NCBI GenBank assembly: GCA_965205865.1
Contig: CBDBHR010000030.1
Coordinates: 640,001-704,000, forward strand
DNA: 64,000 nt
Source: a bacterium
Lineage (GTDB): Bacteria > SAR324 > NAC60-12
Reading direction: 5' to 3'
Positions 10,582-20,414 of the stretch are shown here, in pieces. The position numbers and the translations under genes are program-made. Each line of letters starts with the position of its first letter. Position 1 is the first letter of the stretch. The notes under the pieces are model-generated. The model was not told the origin of the DNA. It searched no databases and was given only the letters and a program-made list of their open reading frames with translations.

Positions 10582-10671
10582 AAAATCCTTCCTGAATTTT
10601 ATGCTATGCAAATTCCGTGCTTAAATCGAAGGGGGGCTCTAAAGAAACCTAAATAGTTACAACACAACTTA

Positions 10672-11535
10672 GAACCTGTTTGAAATAAGTTGAGCTTCCT
10701 ATTGGAAGTGTTCCATGTCACATTCATTTTGAGAAAAATGAAACCTTAATAACAAGGAGTGAACATGGAACGTTCAGGTTATAATAGTGATGTCAGTGAT
10801 AAACAATGGGAAAGACTTCAAGAGTACCTTCCCGAACTTTCAACTCGTGGAGCCCACCTTCGTAAATGGGAACTACGAGTTATCATAAACGCCATTTTGT
10901 ATGTAGTGACCACGGGTTGTCAATGGAGAATGCTTCCCAAAGATTTTCCTCCTTGGCAAAGTGTTTATTACCACTACAATAAATGGTGCAAGAACTACAC
11001 TTGGTTCCTGATTCACCAGTTTCTCCATCGGCAAACCCGAATAGAAATGGGCAGAGCTCCCGAACCCAGTGCTGCAATGATTGATAGTCAATCCGTCAAA
11101 ACCACGGAACTGGCTGATAGTCGAGGTTTTGATGGAAATAAACGAATCAAAGGGCATAAAAGGCATGTAGCTGTCGATATCTCGGGAATTCCTCTCATGG
11201 TTAAAGTCACTGATGCCAATGCCTCCGATTCCAAAAGTGCTTACGATCTTTTGGAATCGATGTTTAGCTGGTTCTTTTCGATTCAGATGATTTGGGCCGA
11301 CGGAGGTTATCGAGGGGAATTAGCCCAATGGTTATGGAATCGATTTCAATGTGAACTTGAGATCACTCTAAACCTCCAAGGAACGGGCTTTCAGGTCCTA
11401 CCGAAAAGGTGGATCGTCGAAAGAACCTTTTCCTGGTTTGGATGGTATCGAAGACTCAACATCGATTATGAAAGAAAAACAAAAAACTCTGAAAACATGA
11501 TCTATGTCGCTATGATTTGCTTGATGTTAAAGAGA
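10672..11535 (+). mobile_element. IS5-family element, right end removed by IS1595
   Basis: Left end GAACCTGTTTGAAA after TTA; no matching right TIR; the ORF runs into the IS1595 TIR. Confidence 0.7.
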
Positions 11536-11562
11536 ATCGGAATGATAGACATTAAGGCTTAA
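10765..11562 (+). CDS. IS5 family transposase
   Basis: YNSDVSDKQW, INAILYVVTTGCQWRMLPKDFPPWQSVY, IDSQSVKT, WADGGY, KRWIVERTFSW; AAGGAG RBS. Confidence 0.93.
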   Translation: MERSGYNSDVSDKQWERLQEYLPELSTRGAHLRKWELRVIINAILYVVTTGCQWRMLPKDFPPWQSVYYHYNKWCKNYTWFLIHQFLHRQTRIEMGRAPEPSAAMIDSQSVKTTELADSRGFDGNKRIKGHKRHVAVDISGIPLMVKVTDANASDSKSAYDLLESMFSWFFSIQMIWADGGYRGELAQWLWNRFQCELEITLNLQGTGFQVLPKRWIVERTFSWFGWYRRLNIDYERKTKNSENMIYVAMICLMLKRIGMIDIKA

Positions 11563-12674
11563 GCGATTAATGGTAAGTTAGGTCTCTTTCCTTGACTAAT
11601 AGCATATTCCTTTCTGCAATCCGCTCATTTGTAACGTCGTGAGGTTTAACGATCTCACGGCGTTTATTTTTTGTCAATATCAACCCCCCAGGCAAAGTTT
11701 CAAGGTATCGGTGAACATGTTTTCATTGCGTCTATGGTTGTATTTGAAGCATGATTCGCCGATATAAAGATGCGCATACCGACGACTATACCAGTGATGT
11801 TGGCCATACCATGCGCGTTTTAAAAGACTCCAAAAACTCTCAATCGTGTTTGTGTGGATATTCCCGTCTACGAATTGCTTTTCATGATCAACAGAATAAT
11901 GAAATATTTCATCTTTCATTGCTCGGTACCCTGAATATTGATCCGTCATCAAAACAGCCTTCGCCAGGTCAACGTGCTCCTTCAGCATCTCTTTGAAATT
12001 CTTGTTCGATAAGGACTTGTCATCAAAGAGCTCTGCCGCAACTCCCCCCTTACGCTCCGCAATACCTACAACAGGAAGCTTTTTTGTTCCCCTACCACGC
12101 TTGTTGTCATCATCCCTGTCTTCCTTCTTGTTCTCCTTCCTGGGCTTTCCTCCGACATAGGTTTCATCCATCTCGACGATTCCTTTGAATAGACGTTGTT
12201 GCTCGCCATCTTTTCCCATGGCTTCCCGGATTCGTTTCCCGAATGACCAGGCAGTTTTGACACTCAAATCCAAGTCTCTTCCGAGTTGACGGTTTGAAAT
12301 TGATTTCTTGGCATTCAAAACGAGAACGATCCCCAGGAACCATTTTCTCAAGGAAAGTTTGCTGTTATGGAAGATCGTATTGACGGTTGCCGAAAAAGAA
12401 CGATGGCAGGATTGACATTGAAGCCGGCTTCTTTGGTTCTTTTCTTTGTGTCTCGACACCTTCTGGGAATGACAGTAGGGACACTCTGGTTTATCGCTCC
12501 ATCGTAGATTTTCAAGATGCTTCAGTGCTTCTTCTTCTGTTGGGAATTTATTGATTATTTCCATGAGACTTGTGCTTTTCATTTTCAATCTCCTCTGATA
12601 GATTCTTGTTTAATTCATTTGAATCTATCATAGCAGATTCCAAGTATATGCCAAGCCTTTTTGTCTATCATTCC
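11539..12674 (-). mobile_element. IS1595-family element
   Basis: TIR GGAATGATAGACATTAAGGCTT / GGAATGATAGACAAAAAGGCTT (20/22, extendable 3 bp outward); no TSD visible. Confidence 0.85.
11680..12588 (-). CDS. IS1595 family transposase
   Basis: N-terminal CPYC..CQSC ribbon, VEMDETYVGG, MTDQYSGY, HTNTIESFWSLLKR. Confidence 0.95.
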   Translation of the reverse strand: MKMKSTSLMEIINKFPTEEEALKHLENLRWSDKPECPYCHSQKVSRHKEKNQRSRLQCQSCHRSFSATVNTIFHNSKLSLRKWFLGIVLVLNAKKSISNRQLGRDLDLSVKTAWSFGKRIREAMGKDGEQQRLFKGIVEMDETYVGGKPRKENKKEDRDDDNKRGRGTKKLPVVGIAERKGGVAAELFDDKSLSNKNFKEMLKEHVDLAKAVLMTDQYSGYRAMKDEIFHYSVDHEKQFVDGNIHTNTIESFWSLLKRAWYGQHHWYSRRYAHLYIGESCFKYNHRRNENMFTDTLKLCLGG

Positions 12675-13289
12675 GATATTATTTACAGTCCCATGTAATG
12701 AATTTTCTTCCTTATTCTCATTACCCCATTGATCCCAACCATTTCTATTGAATCGTGCAAAAAGTTCTAAATATGGACTGGGAGAGCATTCTTCAATAAG
12801 ATCGTAGATTTCATCGGGTTTACGTGAATGCTCGCGTTTTTGAGTGGATATACAATTCACTTGTCTCCGACCTGCTGAGAGAGTTCTCATTGAACCACGG
12901 ACTCCAAAAAGAACAAGTTCCGTTACATTCCTAAAATAGAAACCGACACCACGTCCATCGGGACCTCCATCTTTACGAATTTTATACCAGACAATATTTG
13001 TTTTGTATTCAAATCCCCAAGTTTTCATCACTTCCAATCCCCAAGATAATAAAGCATTGGGAATCCATAAATAGAGATGAGCATCTTCATCCGATATTTT
13101 TTCTATAGGAAGATTACAAATTTCATCCAATGTCATTGTTGGATATCGCATCAATCTTTGGTGTTCCGGGGCCATTTTCCCTGTACGATTTTGAAATCTC
13201 CATGGAGGATCAGCTAGTATCGTTTTGTAAGATTTGGAGTCTAAGTCTTGAGAAATTGATTCTTTAACAAGATCAACAACTTTCATCAT
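12615..13289 (-). CDS. MT-A70 family DNA adenine methyltransferase
   Basis: ILADPPW, HLYLW, WGFEYKTNIVWYK, REHSRKP, LELFAR..GW..WGNE; the last ~20 aa derive from IS1595 DNA. Confidence 0.9.
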   Translation of the reverse strand: MMKVVDLVKESISQDLDSKSYKTILADPPWRFQNRTGKMAPEHQRLMRYPTMTLDEICNLPIEKISDEDAHLYLWIPNALLSWGLEVMKTWGFEYKTNIVWYKIRKDGGPDGRGVGFYFRNVTELVLFGVRGSMRTLSAGRRQVNCISTQKREHSRKPDEIYDLIEECSPSPYLELFARFNRNGWDQWGNENKEENSLHGTVNNIGMIDKKAWHILGICYDRFK

Positions 13290-13862
13290 AAAGCTCCTCT
13301 TTTATACCAAAAACAAGAATGGGACATCCGCCACCACCTCCGCCATTGATTTTTGGAAGAAGCTTACTCATATGAGTAGTTGATGCGCCAAAGGACGGAC
13401 CACGTCCCAGTTCAACAAAAATATTTTGGAGAGTGTCACAGCGAGTAATTATGATTCCAATTGATATAACACGTAATTCAAATAAAAGTCGAAAATTATT
13501 TAGATCACGATCGAAGAAGGGGTCTTTATTGTTCCACTCAATTTCTAAGGCAATACGATTTTTATAACAATCGATTGCATGAGTAGGACTATCTATTGGT
13601 TTTTGATCTACATAAAAAGCAGTATCGAATTTTTTTTCCTGCCAGCTCTTTTCAGAGAATTTATCATCAATCCATTTAAAAACTTTGGATTTTCTTCCTC
13701 CAGATATTTCTATGAACGACTTGCATAGTCGAAATCTTGAAAGCACATCACATTTTCAATCCATTCATCACGAAAATCTCTTTCAAGAATTGCAGATGCA
13801 TGTCTCCATTCATGAATCTCATAATTTCTCCGAATAGAATCTGGGAATTTGTCAATAGGCAT
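13273..13862 (-). pseudogene. BglII/BstYI-family type II restriction endonuclease, frameshifted
   Basis: ATG 13862 MPIDKFPDSIRRNYEIHEWRHASAIL shifts frame near 13750 into VLSRFRLCKS..THAIDCYKNRIALEIEWNNKDPFFDRDL; span 590 nt is one short of a codon multiple. Confidence 0.75.
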
Positions 13863-14281
13863 ATAAAAATCGGGTAGTGTCTCAGTTTGAATTGTTCACA
13901 ATTTGATTTTATTCCTACATTCCATACAACGAAATCCTGAATCGGTGTAATGAAAACGATTTCATGACATGAGTGGTTATTCGCAAGGATAGGCGCTAAG
14001 CGTTGACAGGGGAGAACACAGGCTCGGTATTGAGCTCCGAAATCATAGTTTCAGGCGCTGACCTTGTGGTCTGGTGGGGAAGGCAATATCAACCGAAGGC
14101 CTTAGCGTGAGTCTCGGCTGAGCCTGGCGGAGTCAAAGACCCGGTGCATGTGTGGAAGTTTCTTGATCGGAACCTGGGAGATCCTGAAGACGACTGTCAA
14201 CATTCCATTGGTAGTCGGATCGGGAAAATTAATAAATAACCCCGATATCTACGTCTTCAGGAAGTCGGACAAGTTCGTAGT

Positions 14282-15120
14282 GTGCGCTGGGCAGCGCATG
14301 ATTCAGGTGGGTTGAAGTCCCACGCAGCCTGTGATCCCAGGCTGATATCCAAAAGCGGGGGTAATGCCTCGCTGGCCAGAATGTTTACCAGGGCGCCATC
14401 CCGGGCGCTTTAAGCACAATGGGAGGTCGAAAGGGCCAAATGCACCGAAGTGAACTTCCGGAGGACAGGGTGTCCACCGTGAGGTGGAATCTGAAGGGTT
14501 TGCGGAGAATCACCGGGTCGTAGTCAAGGAGGCTACTCCAGAGACGAACCGGTCGGCCAACAGCAGGGAATGGTTGAGCTTGCACTATGGTGGCGAAAGC
14601 AGTTGGATTCCCCCCTGCAATACCAAGGTGTGTGCGGACGACACGGTGAGGAAGAATCATGGGTGACCCCAGGAGGACTCAGGGCGTTCTTAGGTGGCAC
14701 TAGGATAAGGTACCCTATAAGCGAAAGCGAAGTGGGAACCGAAGCGTGTTGAGTAGTCGGACCATCGAATAGTACCTGAAGCGTAGTGAGAGCTACGTGA
14801 CCGAGGGATCGGCAGCAGAGTGAGCTGAGGAAGGCGATGGGCAGAGAAGGTTGGAATGAGAAAGGAAGTTAGATGAGTAAGGACAGTGAGGTGGAAAGTT
14901 CGGTAAGTGAAAGACCCAGAACTCATGGGCCGAGGAGACTGGCTGACTGGATCAATCTAACGGGAGCAAAGAAGGTTCACTCCTTAGTGGACAAGATTTA
15001 CAAGATGGAGTATCGGTTAGTAAATCTGATCTCACTAATTCCTTCGATCGGTCCCTACGGAAAATGGTCTTCTCTGTGAAAGCCGGATGCGGGAAAACTG
15101 CACGTCCGGTTTGGGCGGCG
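14282..15120 (+). ncRNA. Group II intron RNA (inner), IEP internally deleted, D6 lost
   Basis: 5' GTGCG at 14282; D5 AAGCCGGATGCGGGAAAACTGCACGTCCGGTTT at 15080-15112; relic ORF 14873-15079. Confidence 0.8.
14873..15079 (+). pseudogene. Intron-encoded RT/maturase relic (N- and C-termini fused)
   Basis: KKVHSLVDKIYK resembles the RT0 start and joins EYRLVNLISLIPS, ending right at D5. Confidence 0.6.
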
Positions 15121-15382
15121 AACAATGAGATCATTTGTAGAGAGTAATAATGCAAAAGAAATCAACGGAGCCTGTGGAGCAAAGGGACTTGGCTGAGAGG
15201 AATTCTGCTTGCCCTCCTGTGTTCGGAACTCAGAGGCCGGTAAAATCAGAGAGCGGTTTAAGCAGGGTGCGCCAAACGGCAACGTTTGAGCGTCTGACTC
15301 GAAGCAGGAGCCGGATGCGTTAGCAGCGCACGTCCGGATCTGTACCGGAGGAATGACGAAAGGTGGCTGGAAACCACTATAA

Positions 15383-17134
15383 CCCAAATTGAGCGATTCT
15401 AAAAAAGGATCAGATTTTCAAGATGATTTTTTTGCCTGAGAAAGGCAATCATTCTGAAATCAGATTTTGATCATCAAATCCATGGATGTTTGAGTGAGAA
15501 TGAGCATCAAAATGCTGTTTTCAGATGTGGAAGGTCTTCATTTCTCATGTTTTGGACGCACTTATCCCCTTAAACTTTAATGTTTTTGTTTTTTAATTGA
15601 AGCGAAACCCGTTGATCAGATTGGCGCCAATGCGTGCTGGCAGGTGGCAAATAGTTGGTCCAATTGCAAGCGCTCAAAGGTCTTTTTTGGTATTTTCAAG
15701 ATCAGTTTTCCGGCATGACGAAGCAGTTTGCCTGCCGTATCAAGAAACTGGCGCCGGAAGGTATCAGCATACATCGTTACCGCAATCACTGGCTTGCTGA
15801 CATCTTCTTTGAAGGATTCGAAGAGGTTATTGCCAACCAGCATCAGATAGTACCATGCGGTATTGGAAATGAAGTCCTTGAAGGGAAGTTGTTGATGACC
15901 AAAGTTTTTCAGCGCCCGGTTGGCCAGTTCATCCTTTCCCCGTCCGTGGTACGAGCCAAGGATGCTATGAGCATCGATGCGCTTTTCTTCAGCGGCTTGG
16001 CTGAGTTGGCCATCAATGGCCTCTCCCATACCAAGGTTCGTAATGATCACGCCATCATGATCCAAACCCGGCAAAGAGAGTTGGCTATCGTGTTCAATCA
16101 AGCGGCTGTAGATCGTGCGACGAGCCTTCTTCCATGTCCCCTGCTGGCTCTTAAACTCGGTGTACTGCCAGATCTCCTTCTTGCCCGATGAAGTGAAGGT
16201 CTGCCAGTCAGTGGCTTCTTCCGCAGCATTCCTCACATTGGCATAGGACTTTCCTCCGCTTCAGCTAACCGATGTTCAGTCGTTCACAGGTTTCAAAGAT
16301 TTTTTCGTCAAAAAAACCGGTGTCCATGCGCACCATGATTGGTACATCATCTCGGTATTGGCGGCGAATCCTTTTCACGATATGAACCAGCATATTCTGA
16401 ACAGTTTTCCCGTGATTCGAATGTTTGCTACCTCCGCGAAAAACTGCGTCAACCATATAACGACCCCAATTCATCTGCAGGGGATGAAATCCTTTGACCA
16501 TCTTGTAAGTCGGCTGGACACCATGGCGTTTCAGGGCATCATCATTATCAAGTACCATCGAATCCAGACCCAACACAATCACCGTTGGACAAGTCTTCTT
16601 CAGTCTCCAGATAAACAGTATCTGCAGCAGATGACGAAACAGGTAGACTCGTACAAAAGAGAACTTTCCAAAAAATCTTTTCACGGCATGCGAGGAGGCA
16701 AGGTCTTGCTCACTGCATGACAGCAAGGCGGCATAACCCTCGCCCCTTTTGAGGTGATCGAACCAACTGAGATGACGGCTGCTGCCGTCCATGAAAAAAC
16801 AGAGGATCTGCGCAAAAAAATCAGAGACAGCAATTCCTTTTTTATTTTTACGCATCGAACCAAACAACCTTTCGATGATCGGCATCAGCCGAATGCTTTG
16901 CAGATACTGGGCAAACAAGGCCAATCCGGCACGACTTGTCAAGTGTTCATCGGTTGGCTGAATGGCATCAATTATCTGTTTCTTTTTATCCTGAACTGTT
17001 ATATTTTTTCCCATAAAGCTCTCTACCTGTTGGGTTGTGTTAGATTTTGTGAATTTTTTTATTTTAACCACTGAAATATAACACATTTTTCCCAAGGTTG
17101 GGAGCTTTTTTTATTACGAATCGCTCAACTTAGG
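15383..17134 (-). mobile_element. IS1380-family element
   Basis: TIR CCCAAATTGAGCGATTC / CCTAAGTTGAGCGATTC (15/17); 5-bp TSD TATAA at 15378-15382 and 17135-17139; 1752 bp. Confidence 0.88.
15616..17014 (-). pseudogene. IS1380 transposase, stop plus frameshift near 16260
   Basis: LTSRAGLALF, LGLDSMVLD, GFHPLQM, VRMDTGFF in ORF 16265-17095; continues as YHGRGKDELANRALK in ORF 15616-16236. Confidence 0.85.
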
Positions 17135-17264
17135 TATAAGTCAGTTCTTTACGGTGACTTTGATTAGATGAAAAGGGAGCAAAAAAACTGGACTCGTTCC
17201 TAATCAAATAATCAAAGGCCTGACCCCTTTCTTGTAGTCCCGACACGAGGCCAATAGTTTCCTT

Positions 17265-18233
17265 CTAAGAGAACGGGTTGAGAAGTCTGGAGAGGAGACC
17301 TCGTTTGCGTTTCACCACCGCAGTGCCGTAACTGCCCTCTCCGCCCCTGAGCCTGGGGTCGAGCAGGTCCCGCACGGCGTCACCGAACATGTTTAGACTG
17401 TAAATGGTAATAGTCAGGCAAAGACCAGGCCAGAAAGCCAGGTATGGCGCCATCTCCATGTACTCACGCCCGTCCCGGCTGAGCAGACCTCCCCACTCAG
17501 GAACCGCGGGGGGCAGCCCAAATCCGAGAAAGCTCAGAGAAGCCGCACTCAGGATTACGCCACCGAGGTTGATGCTGAATATGATGATGACAGGCGCCAT
17601 AATATTGGGCAGGACATGGCGTAACAGGATTAGGCTCGTGGGGGTACCCACAGCCCTGGCTGCCAGAAAATAGTCATTCTCTTTAACACCAATAACGGCG
17701 CCTCTGACGACTCGGGAGGCGCCGATGCCTCCGGCTATCCCCAGGACCACTATTATCTGTGGCACACCCCGCCCCACTATGGACATGATGGTTAACAACA
17801 GGAGCAGTCCCGGGAAAGCAATCCAGGCATCGACAAATCTCTGCACACCCAGGTCCAACTTACCGCCAAGGAATCCTGACGTGCCGCCGAGCAGGACGGC
17901 GACCAAAACATTGATAGTGGTCGCCGCCAGACCGACAAATAACGAAATACGAGCCCCGTAGATAAGGCGGCTCAAGAGGTCTCGCCCCAACCCGTCGGTA
18001 CCCAGAAGATACTGTGCTGATGGGCCCTGCAGCCGGTCTATCAGGTGTACTTCAATATATGGATAAGGGGCCAGAACATCAGCAAAGATAGCGACTAGAA
18101 TCAATATCAATATGATAATCCCGCTGACAGTACCCAGTGGCTTCTCCTTCCACAGCCTGACAAAGAAATCAGCCAGACCGGCACGTCTCTTTGGCGCGCT
18201 TGCTGCCGATGGTATCCCTGTGGCGTCACTCAT
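17265..18233 (-). CDS. Dpp/Opp ABC permease (DppC-like), intact
   Basis: LLGTDGLGRDLLSRLIYGARISL...HVLPN...FGDAVRDLLDPR. Confidence 0.93.
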   Translation of the reverse strand: MSDATGIPSAASAPKRRAGLADFFVRLWKEKPLGTVSGIIILILILVAIFADVLAPYPYIEVHLIDRLQGPSAQYLLGTDGLGRDLLSRLIYGARISLFVGLAATTINVLVAVLLGGTSGFLGGKLDLGVQRFVDAWIAFPGLLLLLTIMSIVGRGVPQIIVVLGIAGGIGASRVVRGAVIGVKENDYFLAARAVGTPTSLILLRHVLPNIMAPVIIIFSINLGGVILSAASLSFLGFGLPPAVPEWGGLLSRDGREYMEMAPYLAFWPGLCLTITIYSLNMFGDAVRDLLDPRLRGGEGSYGTAVVKRKRGLLSRLLNPFS

Positions 18234-18250
18234 ACTCTCTGTTTTTCCTT

Positions 18251-19255
18251 TTATTTATAACGGACCCTTGGGTCCAAGAAAGCATAAATCAGGTCGATCA
18301 TTAGATTGATCCCCACAACCGCCGTGGCGAAAAACAGGTTGATCCCGGAGATCAGCGGGTAGTCTCTGTCAGTGAGGGCATTCACCATGAGCTGACCCAG
18401 CCCCGGCAGGTTGAATATGTTCTCCATGATAACGGCGCCACCAACCACGATAGGCAACTCCATGCCTATCAGGGTGACTACCGGGATGAGGGCATTCTTC
18501 AGGGCGTGTCTCAGAACGACTACCCTCTCCTTGAGACCCTTGGACCAGGCGGTCCTGATATAGTCCTGCCTGAGCACCTCAAGCATCATGGTACGCGTCA
18601 TCCGCATGGTGCTTGCAGCCGTGGCCGTCCCCACGATCAGGCTGGGAAGGAGGAACATGCCGAGATTGCCCAGCGGGTCTTCGGTGAAAGGAATCAGCTT
18701 CAGCGGTGGCGACCAACCCCACCAGATTGCCGGGAAGATCATGACCATCATTCCCAGCCAGAAGTTGGGCGTTGCCAGGCCGATGATGGCGACGGTTCGC
18801 CCTGCGTAGTCGGCGGCGGTATCCTGGCGAATCGCTGAGTAGATGCCAACTGGCAGGGCGATCACGAGCCCGATTACGATTGCCAGGACACCGAGCTCAA
18901 TGGTTACCGGCAGTCTACCTATTATCAACTCGTCTACCGCCACCTTGCCGCGAATCATGGAGTGGCCAAGGTTGCCCTGGAGAAGACCGTTGAAGTGGGA
19001 CTCACCGGTAACCCAGTCAGGAGTCGGCAACACTCCTATCCAGCGTCCATACTGCACATAGACAGGCACGTCTAATCCAAGCATACGCTCCACAGCTTCA
19101 CGGTCAATCGTCGCGGTTTGGTATCTTTCCATCTGAGCCGCCATCGCGTCTACTATATCGCCGGGGATGAAGCGGACGGAGAGAAAGACTATGATGCTCA
19201 ATATAAACAAGGTGGGGATTATCAGCAATAACCGCCTGATGAGATAGGCTCTCAT
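18251..19255 (-). CDS. Dpp/Opp ABC permease (DppB-like)
   Basis: Full-length paralog of 1477-2475. Confidence 0.93.
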   Translation of the reverse strand: MRAYLIRRLLLIIPTLFILSIIVFLSVRFIPGDIVDAMAAQMERYQTATIDREAVERMLGLDVPVYVQYGRWIGVLPTPDWVTGESHFNGLLQGNLGHSMIRGKVAVDELIIGRLPVTIELGVLAIVIGLVIALPVGIYSAIRQDTAADYAGRTVAIIGLATPNFWLGMMVMIFPAIWWGWSPPLKLIPFTEDPLGNLGMFLLPSLIVGTATAASTMRMTRTMMLEVLRQDYIRTAWSKGLKERVVVLRHALKNALIPVVTLIGMELPIVVGGAVIMENIFNLPGLGQLMVNALTDRDYPLISGINLFFATAVVGINLMIDLIYAFLDPRVRYK

Positions 19256-19284
19256 GTGACACTACTCCTCCTATAATACTCTAG

Positions 19285-20256
19285 CTATGTGTCTGTTAAC
19301 GCCAGGCTGTAGTACTCAGGTTTCGATCTTACTTCTTTAATGAAATCGGCCACTATCTTTTCGAAATCCGCATACAATGGCTTCCACCCCCATTCCTCAC
19401 GAGCCCGGCTATCATCGATATTATTGATACTGCGGTAATAATCCATGACCCATGGGTCCGGCTTATAGGTAAATTTAGCTTCCGGAATGAACTTCTTTAT
19501 AGCCAGTTCTACCTCCTTGGCCGTTAGTGATGGGAAGACCCCTACTACGTTATAGCATACGGTCTTTATTTGCTCCTTGGGTGCATCATACAGCATTTGT
19601 GTGGCCCGCATAGCATCTTCATAGTACAGGACAGGAAGTTTGGTGTCTTCGCTGACAGGACATTCAGCAGGCCTGCCCAGGGCTGCACTTTGAATCATCC
19701 AGGCAATATATTGCAGTTTCTTACTGATCCTAACACTGGGATCAAAGATGTTGGGGTATCGCATGCAGCGAAAGTCAAGGTCAAATTTCTTCCGATAGAA
19801 TCTGCCAATAAGCTCACCATATAGCTTGGTTACACCGTACACGCTAGCAGGCCGTTGTAGTGTCTCATCGGTGATAGTTTCAGTAGGTATTCCCAGCCCA
19901 TAGCTCATTATACTGCTGGTAAACACCACCCGCTTTACCCCGAAGAGTCGCGCCGCTTCCAGGACATTCATTATTCCGCCGACATTCCCTTCATAAACGG
20001 CCCAGGGCTGTAGGCGGGAGCTAGGTGTGTTTCCAAGGTGAAATACGCCTTCTACGTTATTTTCCTTGACAACATTCAACACTTCAGGCCAGACCTTTTG
20101 GTCTCCCTGGACAACCTTTACGTTATTCTTGATATCCGCCACGCGCTCTATTTGCGGAGCGATGTCAAACAATATGACGTCCTCTCCCCTCTCTACCAGT
20201 CTATGCGCCAGGCCAGTACCAACCCAACCTGTTCCGCCGGTAATAAGTATAGACAT
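19285..20256 (-). CDS. NAD-dependent epimerase/dehydratase (extended SDR, threonine-3-dehydrogenase-like)
   Basis: ILITGGTGWVG Rossmann motif, FTSS, YGVTK catalytic motif, IDDSRAREEWGWKP. Confidence 0.85.
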   Translation of the reverse strand: MSILITGGTGWVGTGLAHRLVERGEDVILFDIAPQIERVADIKNNVKVVQGDQKVWPEVLNVVKENNVEGVFHLGNTPSSRLQPWAVYEGNVGGIMNVLEAARLFGVKRVVFTSSIMSYGLGIPTETITDETLQRPASVYGVTKLYGELIGRFYRKKFDLDFRCMRYPNIFDPSVRISKKLQYIAWMIQSAALGRPAECPVSEDTKLPVLYYEDAMRATQMLYDAPKEQIKTVCYNVVGVFPSLTAKEVELAIKKFIPEAKFTYKPDPWVMDYYRSINNIDDSRAREEWGWKPLYADFEKIVADFIKEVRSKPEYYSLALTDT

Positions 20257-20414
20257 CCTTCTCTGCCTCCTTAGTTAATGTTTCCCTCTTGCTGAAAAAT
20301 TGGCGTAAATAAGAAACTATCTAACCAACTATTTCACTATTCAATGAGAAGGAAGCTGGGAAGCCTGAGCCCCCCAGCTCCCTTAGACGTTTCAGTTATC
20401 CCCGAGACCAGGCA

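Larger units (their letters stand above)
8078..10660 (-). mobile_element. IS66-family (single-ORF, ISBst12-like) element with ~1 kb non-coding cargo
   Basis: TIRs GTAACTATTTAGGTCTCT / GTAACTATTTAGGTTTCT (17/18); 8-bp TSD AACACAAC at 8070-8077 and 10661-10668. Confidence 0.85.
13960..17158 (+). ncRNA. Group II intron RNA (outer, class E-like), IEP deleted, 5' end unclear, interrupted twice
   Basis: Domain I-like motifs (aagcgttgacagggg, tattgagctccgaaa, ggaacctgggagatcc, ggaagtcggac); D5 GAGCCGGATGCGTTAGCAGCGCACGTCCGGATC at 15308-15340; D6 at 15343-15382 plus 17140-17158 with bulged A and AC end. Confidence 0.75.

Noticed and set aside
11680-13862. R-M system as IS1595 passenger cargo
   Set aside because: Both TIRs (11539, 12674) enclose only the transposase; the R-M genes lie outside
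14873-15079. Retron or DGR-type reverse transcriptase system diversifying the SBPs
   Set aside because: Only a deleted intron RT relic is present, and no template/variable repeat pair with adenine-specific differences was seen
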